From positions 27,714,001-27,778,000 of the forward strand of contig NC_087260.1 of assembly GCF_037042905.1 (NCBI RefSeq): DNA of 64,000 nucleotides, written 5' to 3'. Positions 1 through 15,000 of this stretch are shown one piece after another. The number at the start of each line of letters is the position of its first letter. Position 1 is the first letter of the stretch. A program made the translations under genes and the position numbers. The notes under the pieces are model-generated. The model was not told the DNA's origin. It was given only the letters and a program-made list of their open reading frames with translations, and searched no databases. The DNA comes from Lytechinus pictus (lineage: Eukaryota).

Positions 1-6
1 AGATAC

Positions 7-3000
7 CTTTAGTATGCGGGTGATAATAGTCTTCTGATCAGCGTCTGAGCCTCCATCTCCAATGGTTGATGTCCCACTCGGGTAGCAAATCAACTGAAGA
101 AGGTAGTGGATCTACAAATAAACACAAAATATAATGAGACGAATGCAATATCACTCTAATGGGGTGTTGCAAGAAACTTGCAATCAATTCCAAGTCTACT
201 TTTGGTTCCTAAATCAATCACATGTCTTGCAATTAATTGCAAATTCAGGATTGATTGCTAATCTGCTTCTTGAAATTAGGTAAGTAAATTGAGTTGCTAC
301 AGCTAATTTCATATTTTGCCATACAATATTTGCAATTGATTGAAAACACTTTCTTGCAAAACCCCCTAAGACTGTTAGATACAATCGATCAACAAAAAAG
401 TGCACTGAGTATGGTAGAGCCTTCAAGATTTATTAATAAAATTTGAGCGATCACAGAAAAGCCTTAAGGTTTGAATATTATTATTACCTGTTTGTATCAC
501 AGATCTCATGCATTAAGAGCTACATGTACATAAAAGTGGATTTTTTCTTTTATCATACCTGTTTATGTGATAGATACTGATCCAGGAGTACTTCATTGGT
601 CCATAGATTCTCTTGATCCTTGAGGAATGTTTCCCTGACCCAGTTCTGACTGCAGATTGTCTTCAGGGTGTACTTGGCATAGTTACTCAGACTGGCTGTC
701 GACATGTTACCAGAGGACTTGGTACCCTGGCCGAACCCCTCCTCCTGGTTGCCCCCTTCTCGGCCTTCTCTCCCTCCAAAGTCATCGAAGGAGCCGAAGA
801 GGCTTGAGGAGGAGCCTCCTCCTCCAACAGCAGCATCACCTGTTAGAGGAAACATTGGTAAATATACATCATTCAAACATGAAGATCACTTGTGGTTATA
901 AACTCAAAATAAGTTCAAATAGAATCCATTGGAATTAGCACCCAGGTGTTACAATGTAGTGTACATGAAAAAAAACAAATGTGCTAAATGATTTCGATAC
1001 AAAATGTGTAACTGATGAGAAATGAGGAAATAGGCATGGCATTCAAGCCAATTGTTTTTTTTTTCAAAGCAAAAATAATAATACACTGTCCCACATGTGC
1101 TTTTCTGTGCTAGCGATCATTAACATGACAAATTTTCAGCTATGATTTCACAATTGCACAAAAAGTTTATGTAACAGATCTTGATTGACCATATATATAT
1201 GTATGGTGATATGGTGACAATCATGATTTATATTGAAGCCACTACTCATTATCTCTGTTCATAAGACAAGCACATGTATTTAAGATCTGAGCCTTGAGAT
1301 GGGAGCCTTCAATTAACATGAACATGAATAAAAGTCAAGGCAAGGTAGGATGACTTACCCAGCAGAAGAATGGCCTTCAAGACACCAACCAAAGCATCAA
1401 CAGTGATGCTGCTATGAGCAGAGTCCAGCATATGACGATCACAGGTCGTCTTGATGAACCTAACCGCTCCACCACCACCAGCTCCACCACTACCACCGCC
1501 TCGTCCCCCTTCTCCAGGGGCGGGATTGGGGTTATTACCCCCACTGGTGCTTGAGGAGCCGGTGGAGGGCAGGGTGGGAGTCTCTTGAGAGGTGCAGAAG
1601 AGGCAGAGGAGCAGGTGGCACATCAGCCTTGCTCCCGGTTCGGCATCGGGATCAGCTATGGATGCACCTGAGATGAATAAATTATAGGAAAAACTGAGTA
1701 TGCGTATGCCGGTGATAAGAAAAAAAATATATATAAGAAGGTGTGATAAGAAGGTGTGCATTTCAGCAAAAATATTTCTTTACCTTTCTTGCCTCCAAAT
1801 ACCAAAATCAATCTAGCATCACAATGGTCTAAATCAAGAATTGGTATCTTAAAACAAGGATTTTTAATTTTGAGGTGGGCAGTTTGGGAAGGTAGGAGTG
1901 ACCAAGAAGGTAATGGAAGGAAGAAGTGATGGAGGGGAGTAGGAGGGTTGGTTGGACTGTGAATGAAGAATGTACTGAATTTGAAGGAGGGGGTTAAGGG
2001 TGATTGTGGGGATTTTCAGCCCCCACTGTTGACAGAGCCACATGCTGCTGCTACTACTGCTACTACTACTACTATCACCTCCATAACTACTGCCACCACT
2101 ACTACTTCTCTTACAACTTTGGGTACATGACCGAATTAATATAGGCAATACAATCCAATATATAATAACTTCCTCTGACAATGCAACTTACCAGAGATGC
2201 CAGGGTTGGCAGCAATAAGGGAAGCAAGAGCAACGTGATCTACCACATCCTCCAGCGAGAAGCAATGTCTGGCAATCAAGATGGCGGTGAAGACTGCAAT
2301 ATTGTCATGGATTGAAAGATCACTCACCTGAAATAAGACAAAAATATTGAATTTGAATTTGAATAGGTATTTATTCAAATCCACATGGCAGTCTAAAGCT
2401 GATATGGGTGGAATTAACATCATATAAAAAATGCAACAAAGAATAAAAATATTGTGGGACTGAAATTTCACAGGAATCATTGGCAAGTAATAAAATATAT
2501 AGATATATATATATACAATGCTTAATACTTGTGGCAATAAACCTCTGCTTCTTAAAATTTCCTCAAATATATCATAACTACATAATTCAGGGCAGTGTTT
2601 CATGAAACAGAAAGTCAGTGATTTTCATAGACTTTTGCTATAAACTACCAAAATGCCTGCATTTGATTGGTTGATAGCATATTTGTCGATGAAAATCACT
2701 CACTATTTGTTTCATGAAATACTCTCCAGGGGCCTGTTTCACAGAGGACTTGCAACTGTTGTAACTTTGCCATTATGGCAACTACCATGGTAACAGGGCT
2801 CAGCAGCCAATCATAATCAAGGTTTCCATGGTAGTTGTCATAATGGCAAAGTTTCAACAGTTGCAAGTCCTTTATGAAATGGGCCCAAGATGTCAATACA
2901 TAAAGATATTTTGGGAATTTGAATAGTTTTAATAATGACCTTGCAATGCAGAGAAGAAACAGTTTATTCTGTGGGGGAAAAAAACAGCAACAACTACATA

Positions 3001-6000
3001 GCATGGGCATAATGCATTATTATACCATTCATGTACTGCATCAATAATAGTCTCAATAGGGCTTAAATTCATGCAAGGCCATCGCAGGCCATGGCCGTGG
3101 GTGCCCATCCTCATTGGCATTGGAGATCTGTTGTGCCATTTCCGTTAATTATTTTTCTCAATATGTGGCTTTGCCCCCAAAATATATGGCGCATTCTATT
3201 CTATGGTAAGAATACATGGAACTTACATCGACATTGCAGAGAAGGTCGTTGAACCCACAGCTGTGTATAGATGAACAACAGAGGGCCTTGAGTACCCCAA
3301 GCCATTCAGAGCTCAGCGTCGTACAGCTAGCGGTCAATTCAGCACACATGATAGAGAGATTGTTCAATCTGGAATTCAAACCAAGCAGGCAAAACAAAAT
3401 ATGTTTTTATTTTCGGGGGCTACTTATCACAACTTACTGCCTAAATCTGCAACATCGGGTGAGCTTTCACATTGCGATGGATGGGGATTTCCAGTGCTCA
3501 ATTTTTCTTAGTTTCCAGTGCTCTTTTGAGCATTTTGGGGCTAAATCACCCCAGCCCCGGTGTAATATTTTCCCCCCTGAAACTAAGGTGAAATAGATTA
3601 GTTGGAAGAGTATTAATTGACTAGGTCCTCACGATACAAAGCACCGTGATTGATTGTAAGTCTGAGTTTTACAATCGACTGCATTTATCATTATGTATAA
3701 TCAATTGTAAAATTGTTCACATCAACCCTAGGCACGCTAATGTTGCAATTTTACACATTTGTACAATTAAAATTAACAATCGTGATAAATAGTTTCCTCC
3801 ATTTCATACCTTTCTACAGGAAAAGCTAATAAGAGGCTATGAGTCTTGGGTAACGCCTATACAATTATGCAAATCTAGATTTATAGAAAATATCTTAAAA
3901 CAATTGTCATAATCATTCCGCCAGAATCAATTTAGCACGAAATCAACCAAACAATACCAGGAAAGAATTTATTGTGAATCAAGCTATGGTACATGAATTC
4001 CACAATGACAGAAGATACTTGTTAAAAAACCTTTTAAGTATCCTTTGAAACCTGTCAATATTGTATACTCAAGTATCAATGTCGGAGTATTTCAATAATA
4101 ATAATAATAATAATAATAGCTGGATTTATAAAGCGCTTTTTGCCTGAGGATACAAAGCGCTGCTATTATTACCCCGGCTTTAGCTCGAGCTACATGTACC
4201 ATCACCGGTGCTCAGTGCATGCAAGGAATTACTCCTGCCGGGTACCCATTCGCCTCACCTGGGTCGAGTGCAGCACAGTGTGGATAAATTTCTCGCTGAA
4301 GGAAAACACGCCATGGCTGGGATTTGAACCCACGACCCTCTGTTTCAAAGGCAAAGTGAGAACCACTAGACCACGACGCACCCAATATAACTACTGTATC
4401 ATGTATTCTATTTGAAAGTATTTTTGTTTGACTTACTTCTCAGGATCTGCATTGCAAATGGCAAGAAGGGCATTGCACACAAAGCTATATCTATCTCCTG
4501 GATTATCATTCAGCTGACGACCCAAAGATGATTGCTTGAATTCACGACCCCTGCAACAACAAAAAAAATAATCATCACTTTTGGTGAAATTAACAGGATG
4601 CTTTTGTTTCGAAGCGATCTGGATATGGCAACTGTTCTGAGGAAAGCTGAGAAAAGACAGCACATACGTGTACCGATCGCAAAGGAAATAAAAATGTTTC
4701 ATCATTATACTTGTTAAAATAAAAACCATTTCAATACCACATTCACCATCACCAACATCACCAGCCATCATCACCACCATGATCATCATGATCATCATAA
4801 ACATCATCANNNNNNNNNNNNNNNNNNNNNNNNNNNNNNNNNNNNNNNNNNNNNNNNNNNNNNNNNNNNNNNNNNNNNNNNNNNNNNNNNNNNNNNNNNN
4901 NNNNNNNNNNNNNNNNNNNNNNNNNNNNNNNNNNNNNNNNNNNCAATGTACTCCTGCATGAAGTCTTGGTTCCATCGTGAGTTTGATTCAGAGGGTGTGA
5001 TGCTAGTATAGAGAGCCTGCTTCACCTTGTTGGCGACACTGCTAAACAAGTCTGAGAACTTGGACTGAAGCAAAGAGAGACAAACATTAAATTCAGTATA
5101 TTGATATGAATCTATCCCATGCGGGCTTAGTGAACAAAACTCAGCAATCAAGCATAACCATGGAATAAATCACTTATAACTAAATTTTCCAATTTCCAAT
5201 TTTCCAAGCAGAAAAGCTTATTGAAGACTAGACAATGATTGCAAAGATATTTTCCCCCTTATTTTAGAATTTCCTTTTTAAAATTTCTCTTTCTTTGTTT
5301 TTTTTCCCTTTTGTTTACCAGGTAATTCATTTCGTTTTTCGGATGACAATAATGAAAATAATTAACATGCACCATTTATATAGCACTTAATTCAAATGTT
5401 TGTAAGTGCTGCATGTATGATTACAGGCCAACATTAAACCGAAATAGGGATGGCTGCTTGAAGGGTTAAACATTGCTCTAATTCCTAAAAGTCCAGCAGC
5501 ATCGTGTGTGTGTGTGGGGGTGACACTTGACTGTGAGAAGAGGGTTCCCAGCTTTTCAAAAAACAAAATTCCCTGATAAATTAAAAAAATTTCCTGATAA
5601 TTATTTAAACCCATCCCCAGTTTTGAATGTTTTCTAAGTTGTTGCAGTGAATTACATGTATTTTCAGTATAAAAACAATAATGTAAAACTAATTACTAGT
5701 AGTACCACCATAACCAGTCATTCAATGGATGTTGTTTTGATATGCAACAACATATACCAGAGTCTGACTGACTACCGTGCTTTCGACTTTTGGATGATCA
5801 AATTTCCCTGTTTTTTCCCCTAATTTGAGGCATTTTCCCCTGATTTGAGGTATTTTATATCAAATTCCCTGATTTTTCACTGACTGGAAAAAAGTAAATT
5901 AATTTTCCCTGATTTCCCTGATGGACTGGGAACCCTGGAGAAGAATACATAAAACTCACCTTAAGATGACTACAGGAAGTGTAGAGGTCATAGAGATAAG

Positions 6001-9000
6001 CCAGGATACAGCGCTCAGCCGAAGTACAGTTGGTTACATTACTCACATGTTTGACCACACCACACAATCTGCCAAATACAATTCACATAATAGAGTCAAC
6101 TCTTATTGTATTGTATTACACTATGGAACAGCATGATGACTTCAGAATTTACATTTCTATTTTTTTTTTTTTTAATTATTGTTCATGTGTATATTTTACT
6201 TTCTGTAAGTGTTAAGAGCACTGAAAGGTGGACCTGTGTGTTATATATGTACAAGTAGCCACTTATTATTAAGACGATGGAAATGATCTCTACAATTTGC
6301 AGACACAGATAATCAGAAAATACACTTTCCCAATTCGGTGGATTCACAATACTGTGTGCCACCTATTGTTTGCAGCAGACAGGCCGAAATTTGCAATGCC
6401 TTATGGGAAAAAGTCGACATCTGTTGTTTGCACGTGCTAGTGCATGTATGCGATATGCTGCACTGGCTGACAAGGTTCAGCCGGCTTGCATAAAATCAAG
6501 CTTTTTACAAGGGTCCAAGAGTTGGGAGAGAAATTCGCCACATATTTATTTGCGAAATTTAGACCGTTTTTGGTGAATTCTTCCTCCGCATTTGCCATAT
6601 GGTTTTCATGTTTGAAGCATTACAGTCACATTACAGACACTAGCGCACTGTGCGCTGCCTGTGCCCGAAGTCGACTCCGAAGTTTGCCTGTCCACTACAC
6701 CCCGCTGTATTCACTGTATTGTGAATCCACCGAATTACACGTATGATGGGGGGGTATTGTGAATCCACCGAATTATGATGTAATTATGATTGTAAACCTA
6801 TTGATTTGAAAGAGGAAGAAAATAAATATTACTCAAAAAAAAAAATGATGAGGCAACTTAATACAGGTCAAAGACCAATGCCATCTGTGAACGACAGGGA
6901 AGTAACAAGTGGTTGAGCAAGAAGTGTTAACCTTTTTTCGCAATAAATCTGCCGCTTGAAATTTTTTGACCGCGTCGCTCGCTGGCTTTTTACTTTCAAG
7001 TCTCGCGCAACTTTTGAGACCAAAATTGTGACCCCCGGGTATGCGGTTCCAAAATTATGCAACGTTTTGTAAGTGCATGCAGACCCAAAATTACTCAAAA
7101 ACGTGAATTTGTGTACAAATCCAATGCAACTAGTGTTTTTAGCCAAAATTCATAAATGTATCATTATTTTTCCTTTTACTGCTTAAAATAAATTTTATCT
7201 TTTTTATGGTCAAAATAAAGTCCCCGACAATTTCCATTGAAAAAACAATAAAAAACAAAAAGTCAAAAAACAAAGAAATACATAAGAAATTTAGAAAACA
7301 ATAGAATACATAAGAAAATAAATGTGATGTTGAAATTATTGAAAAATAAATTTGATCAGATGCCTATCTAGAGTATGTGAAACAAAAATTAGCATTTTAG
7401 GGGCATTATTTTATTAATTAAATCAAACTTATAATTTTACGCATAAATTAGCATAATTAATGAGCAATGAGATTTTTCGCAGAATTTGATATTATAGTTT
7501 TGTAGATAATGCCATGGGTAATGCGCGTGCCAATTTTCGTCGCGATCAACGGCCGAGATCATAAGGGGGGCTGAATCAGCCCCCCCCCCCCCCCCAGTCT
7601 TCTTAGGCATAGCCTAGTCTATTTAGGGTTAAGAAATCAAGTTTATTTTGCAGGTACAGTTACTTTTAAACTTTAGAGTAGTTATGATGTAGCAACTTAC
7701 AGCTCAAAGACCGTTGCCGTCTGTTCTGGAAACACCAGCAAGCATGCCTGGAAACGACGGAGCACTGCTACTATGGTCAAACAGAGATTGGTGCAGTATG
7801 TCCCACTCTGCGGTGATTTCCTTCTCATCAACTCATGCTCAACACGACTCATGTGAGATAACATCTGAAAATACACAAAATCAAATATACAGAGAAAAAA
7901 TTCATGCAAGACAATTTCAATATATTGGCCAAAAAAATAATAAAGATATGAGTTAGATTCTGCCCGAAGATGCCTTAATACATGTATATTTTTCTCATCA
8001 TTTATTTGGCAAACACTCTGAAGTAAATTTAAGAGCTGTATGGATGGATTTTGCTTTCATTGCAATTCTATGAAATATTGAATGACTAAAGAACACATCT
8101 GGAAATTTAAATGCCTTGCATTCACTGATAAGATCATATTAAGCTTTTGACAAATATGAAACTTTGAAGAAAGAAGAGAACTGATATTTATTAATTAAAG
8201 ACAAGGGGGAAAACAATTTTGTTACTGTACATTTTCTATCAAGTATGGTCTAAAATAACTGAAGTCAGGGTATTAGTTTTACATATACCAGAGAACTGAC
8301 TTTACAATTTTTTGATGGCATTGCCAATGATTTACTTACAGTGTATACATGATAATGCATCATATATCAAACTCAAGAAATACGTTATTTAAACAGATTT
8401 TGAAGGACTCTACAGAAACAACAAACCTTGACAGCGAATTCCAGCAAGCCATTGATGTTGAGTGCATTCTCAAAGAGTTCAAACACGAGTGTAACCTGGT
8501 CAAAGGTGGGTGGTGTGTCCCTATTGCCCATACTGAATGACTGAACCTGATCCAAGACCCCGTTTGCACAAGACCCCGTCACCATGTGCTGATCAAAGTA
8601 ACACAGCGCAAGAAACCTCTGCATCGCCTCCTCCTTGTTGATCATCGGTTCGTCGGACTTGGACACCTTCTTGCCCTTTGACCCTTCACCTTTACCACCT
8701 CCTTGGGTGAGGATCTTCAGTAAGTCTTTCTGGACATGTTTGACCTGTTGCCTGGCTTCCATGCGGGCGCGACCAAAGCCGTAGAGGAGCACCGATCGTT
8801 GGTTACTCTCATGGTACACGGAGCCATCCTCGGTTGAGATGGGGAAGTGCTTCACGTAGAGCTGATGGCGATTGACGCGAGGTGCTTCCGGAGATGGAGA
8901 CCTGTAATCCATGTCCGATTTCTTCTCCTCGTCGCTCTTGTCGCCGTCCATCGGACTGTCTTTCTCGTCATCGGAGATGTCCGACTGGGAGTCGGATTTT

Positions 9001-12000
9001 GATTGGATGGACTCGAGGAATTTTTCTTGAAAGGAGGAAGACTCCTTGCGAGGGGGTGGGGCAGGGGCAGGAGGGGGTTTGTCGTCAAGGTAACCATAGT
9101 CCTCATTGTCAGAGGAATCCTGCTTCTCTTCTCCATCATTCTTGGCCTATCAAAACAAAAATTACGTTTGATAATTTTAATCATTTGTAGGAAATTCTTT
9201 GAGGTGAAAACAAAGTAATCGGGTAAACAAACCTTTTCATCAATATCAAAATCATTGTCACAGTCATCTTTTATCACCATAAATATCTTGACCAACCGCT
9301 GATATCACCATCGTCATTATAATCATCTTCATCACCAATGTAATCACAATAANNNNNNNNNNNNNNNNNNNNNNNNNNNNNNNNNNNNNNNNNNNNNNNN
9401 NNNNNNNNNNNNNNNNNNNNNNNNNNNNNNNNNNNNNNNNNNNNNNNNNNNNNNNNNNNNNNNNNNNNNNNNNNNNNNNNNNNNNCCACTACCACCAATG
9501 CCACCACCATTACCAACACCAAAATCCATTACCATCATCATCACCGAATTCACACTTATGAAAACATTATTTCTGGACATAATCTAAACCAATTACAAAG
9601 CATTCCACAAACTCACCTCACTCTTAACACCTGCACCTCCATCGTTCCTCTGGCTCCCTGGACCCCCTATGAATGCCCCTGTCTGAGGGACAGGGGTGGT
9701 AGTCAGGTCACCCCTGGAGATCAGGGTACACATGTAGGAATCATGGGAGAATACCTCACACCGGATCAGTTCACCAAAGAGTAGGATTAGGTTGGCAAAG
9801 GCCTTCTTGTCATCAGCCGATGAATTGTCATCTGTAGAGAGTTTGAGATTGCAGAAGAAATAAGTGCATGGGCCATTTAATAAAATCTGTAAGTTATGCA
9901 CAATTTATGTACCCTGGGGACATTTCATAGAAGGACTTGTCCGAGGTTGTATCCTATTTTACTTGTCAGTTACCATATCCACAGTGCTTCCCACCCAATC
10001 AAATTCAAGAAAATTTGTCAGATCTGACCAGACAACAAATGTTGATCAAAATGTTCTCCCGTTGTTTCTCTCTTTGCTGCTAAATGAGATTCTTATTCAT
10101 TTTTATTTCCATCAGATGAAGTTGAATCTAATCTTTGTAGATTGACATTCCAACTGTAATTAAGTATCTGAATGGAAAATTCAATATCTTTCCAATTTGA
10201 TTCAGGTTTTAAGAAATGCACTCCCATTATGTTAAAACAGGGGGAAAAGGAGGGAATCTCATTTTGCAAATGAAAGGGTAACCAGTCAAGGGTAAAATTG
10301 TATATAACAAATGACCAGCTTTATGAAAAGGAATGCTGTCTTTATGATTCAGAGTTGGAGTGAATTCTTCATTGAGGTTATTAATTTGTAAAACTTGAAT
10401 CAATTCATAAAATCATACACTTCATGGAATGTACATATATCATTGAAGAATTTTATTTAGGGGAAAATCATATTTCATTATTAAAGAAAAACTGTCATGT
10501 GTTATTGTCACTGTAAATTGAACAAAATATGAAAAGGTTGAACTGTTTGGCAGCTTTCTTCATGGCCTATATCATTGGCTGAAATGTTTCCCGGGAAGAC
10601 TTATCAGAATCGATAGATTGCCAGGAGTGTATCACAGCAGGGAGCTGGTTTCACAAATAATAATCATGGACATTTCAAAGAGCCGTATCAAGACTCACCA
10701 ATCACAGGGGCTCTGACATCCAGGAAATGTTGAAGTAGAACTTGAAACACTGGGGTTGTTGATGCAGCAGGCATGGGGGAGATTGGTGCCATCTCTTTGT
10801 CTTCCATTCCTTCTGTTTCAGCCATTTTCTACAAGGAGATGGGATCATGTTTTACTTTTATGATTAATGCTTATTCACACTCATGGCATGCTTGGCTTAC
10901 TTTAAATGCTTCCACTGAGTATTTTATCACAATAAAATGGTGGCCCCTTTTTAATAATATAAAATGTAGTACTGTATATAGTTAATGAGTTTATGAAATA
11001 TAAATTGACCTCTTGAAAATGATATTCTACCATTCCTTCTTATTAATGGACACTTATCTAATTCAGAGAATATGAATGCTCTCTAAATTTTCCATTTATC
11101 TGAAGTATAAACACATAAGATCTCCTAATTTTTCTGTTCGAAAAGCAAGGATGATTTAGCTCCAATTTAGGAAAGCAATTGCATTGCCTAGTGGAATCAA
11201 GCAGTCAGTATACTAAGTATATCAGAATCATGGAATTCAGTAGGTCAACAGGTTGAAAGTCTGAAGATTGTTTCTGTCAACCGTTGCTCCAGTCCTACTC
11301 ACCTCTGTTTCCATGTCGATGACGTATTTCTCTAGGAGCTGGGCTACAACAAGTGCTCTATGTTCACTCGTTCTTTCTGGACACACAGCCCATTGGCACA
11401 GCAGAAGCACTATAGGATCATCATTCTGCAAAGGCTGTAGAGAAAAACAAACAAAAATAATAATGAGCATAATAAATACAATTTATTACGCACCATATCC
11501 ATCTTGTAAGAGATGCTCAAGGCGGACAAAAATAAAACATTCTGATGAAAATCAAGAGCTCTGTGTTCACGAGTCCATTCTGGACACACTGCCCATTGGC
11601 ACAAGAGAAGTACTATAGGATCATCACTCTGAAGAGGCTGTATAGAAAACAAGAATTATATCATTCTAATGAAAATCTGGTCAATTTTAGCATTCAAATA
11701 TATGAATAAGCTAAACAAATTTGTTTTAAAGAAGTGCATGCTTGCTCAGGATAGGGCAGCGTGGAGAACGTTTGTCCACTACCCCATACCAACATTTTTT
11801 CAAAAAATACCAAAACCCCCACCCCATCTGCAAACTATTAAATGTCATTCGGACTATTATTTTCATCTTTGATAAATATATATTTAATAGTTAAGAGGTG
11901 CTAGCATCAGAACAGTCAAAACATTGTATTTTCATATCATATTACCCCTACCCCCACCCATCCATCCCTCAAAAGTGAGACCCCCATCCCCTCCAATATA

Positions 12001-15000
12001 ATGTACATTACCACTACCCCCACCCATCCATCCCTCAAAAGTGGGACCCCCCTCCCCTCCAGAATAATGTACATTACCACTACCCCCACCCATCCATCCC
12101 TCAAAAGTGAGACCCCCCCCCTCCAGAATAATGTACATTACCACTACCCCCACCCATCCCCCCCCCCAGTGAGAATCCCCCCCCCTTCCCCTCCAGAATA
12201 ATGTACATACTTCTGGCGAGTCCTGTTTTTGATTATTCAGGAATATCTTGTTGTAGAGGGCATCTATTGAGTTACTAGCATCACAGCGATCAAAACAATG
12301 TCCGTCCAGCACTTCTAACGTCTGCAGTACTCTTGATATCGTGTGACCTGAACAAAACAAAAAAATAATTATCTCAATTTCATGGGAGTGCAAATGTGCC
12401 CAGATGAAGTACAAATAAATATGACTTGAGTGAATGCTACGTTAAAAAGCTTTTATCAGACCTAATTTCTTCAGATAAGAAAAAACATTTTAGATCATAT
12501 TGTAATGATGGTATTTCTTTCATTCTGATCTCTTCTAAAAGCTAAAACATAGTTTGGTTTTAGCATGAATACTATTCCATGAAAATGAAAAGAATGAAAT
12601 ATGAATGCAAATAAGTGGGGTACGTCAGTTACTCTAAAAATTTCAATGAATTTCAATTTTCTTTTTGTCATCTTTGAGCAAAATGTGTGAGAGATGGGAT
12701 GGGTAACAAGATTGGCCAACATAATTTCTAGTTTATCAAAATTACAATTCTTGTCTTTGGGAAGTGGGTTAGGATTAGCTGATAGTATTTAAATATATAT
12801 ATTTTTAAAAAACCTGATAATCTAATTACTCAGAGGTAAATGTAGTCTTTAACTACGAAATTAATTTCCAGTAACTGTTGGCTGGTTTCATGGCGCATAG
12901 GCACTGTATCATAAAAGATGCACGTAATCATACAATAAAGTCTATGACGATCAGTGAAAACAATTTATACTGTTACTTTAAATGTTCACATTATCTTTTC
13001 ATGTGGCTGGGTCCTAGTCACAAACAACACACAAGATTCAACATTTATTTTATACCTCAATCATCATCACAAGTATTCTCATACATAATTAAAAAACAAA
13101 ACAAGTTACACAAAAATTAATAAGAAAATATATTGACAGTTTGATGAGTCAAGAGAAAACATAGCTTATAAAAAATAAAAGAAATATCAAGATCCTACAG
13201 GCCAATCATTTTGACAATATAACAGTAACACTTTGGGGTTGATCTGGCTCTGTTTTTCATCTTACCAGCTGCGGATTCTTGGCATTTATCTGAGGACCAC
13301 CTGACCTCTGCCCTTCTGCTTCTCATCTTGATCTGGTTTTCTGCCTGACGAATGCTGCTACGAATCTACAGAAAATACAGAGAAATAGATAAATAATTAT
13401 CAAATAAAAAAATTCCAAGTCTTCCATCTTATATTTCAATTGTGGCAAGGGAGATGTCTTCACATTATTCAATCTCCCCAGCAAGCCTTTGATACTAGAT
13501 TCTATAGTCCATGTTGAATTAACAATTTACAAGAAAAAAACATAGAGGCTGAGCTATTTTTTTTTCATCTGTTTCTACTTCTTTGTAAATGTGCCATAGA
13601 CCTTCACTGGCTTGGTGGTGGAGTTGCCTTTTTAATAATGAAATACATGTAAATCAAGGAAAATGCATTATGTAATTTAAGACACTTCTTCAATATTTTC
13701 TTTATATTTGTTGTCTTTGCAAGAATTCCTTACCAATTTCACATGAAGTATTGTTTCTTACATTCAGTGGAAGACACCTTCCAACCAACATATTTAAAAA
13801 AAAACTTTTTATAGTCATTATCATTTACCTATTTCTCCCCTTCATTTAAAAAAAATATATATCACCATCGCCTCACACACTGGAAAGGGGGATGGGTAGC
13901 GTTTGCTCTGAGATGAACTCAAAATAGACACCTTGATTTTTCTAGTTTTCCATCCATCTCTACTTTTTTCTCATAATAAAAACAAAACATTCAGTGATGT
14001 ATCTGCCACCAAATCCCAGGAAATTGCATCTTAGATTCCTCGCAAGACACACTTGATCATACAGGATTATCATATTAAATACAACAGATTCTTCACTCAA
14101 AATGGAGAGGTGAGTGAACCAAGATTATGAAAGATAAGGAAAATTTCATGAAGCATCTTTTCAGATGAGCCAATCAGATACAAGGATTTCAGTAGCTTAT
14201 AACAGATAATCAGAGAAAATCATTGACAACTTGTTTCATGAAATGTCCCCTAAATGTCAAAGTCATGAGGGATGAAGGAATAAATTTAATATGCAGACTG
14301 GTTATAAAAGAAGAAGGTAGATGTGTGATATGTTATTTATGGAAATTTATTCAATGATGTAAATTGCATTTCATTTGGTAGCCTACATTCATTAGTATGC
14401 ATACAATTCACTATTAATCTACGGATCAATGTCTTTCTAAATCAGATGGATTCCAAAACTTTAATTAAATCATCTATCCAGCTTATTTTCTTTCAGGGGA
14501 TATTTCTTGAAAGATAATGACATTCATGGAAGTGCAAATACAGACAAGGAAGCATAAAGATAAATACAGAAACAACCAAAAAGAAAGACAGATACACATA
14601 AAAACAGAACATACAAATATTGAATTGTAAAACAGCCCAATAACAATCATCCCAATAAACAATGCAATGCAATGATACCCCCACTTAGAAACTGACGAAG
14701 CAATTTTGCATGGGCATTAAGCAGGCAGATAACATCCCCCATCCCCCTCCCCTTCCGGAAGGAAAGAGGTATAAGGGTAGACAAAGACGTGAAGAAACTC
14801 TCACTCCAATCCAGTGATAGAGTAAGACAATCATACACAAACCAAACATACCTAGTTACAATTAATGAGACAAAGAGCCACAAAGCAAACATACCCATAG
14901 ACAATGAGACAAACAGACATGAAACAAACCTACCTAGATACAATCAAACTGTACAGACCAAACATGCTGGGTGGTATTCTAATAATCAAACCTAGGATTA

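Noticed and set aside
1-6. Possible U12-type donor (GTATCT) after MED12 exon 25
   Set aside because: It deviates from GTATCCTT at +6 and the window ends, so it cannot be assessed.
613-938. + strand ORFs overlapping MED12 exons (also at 3216, 8882, 11268, 19462)
   Set aside because: Antisense shadows of GC-rich coding exons with no independent support.
1864-2181. Ser/Gly-rich ORF as an extra MED12 exon
   Set aside because: It derives from an (AGT/AGC)n simple repeat and has no polypyrimidine acceptor; exons 22 and 23 join in phase without it.
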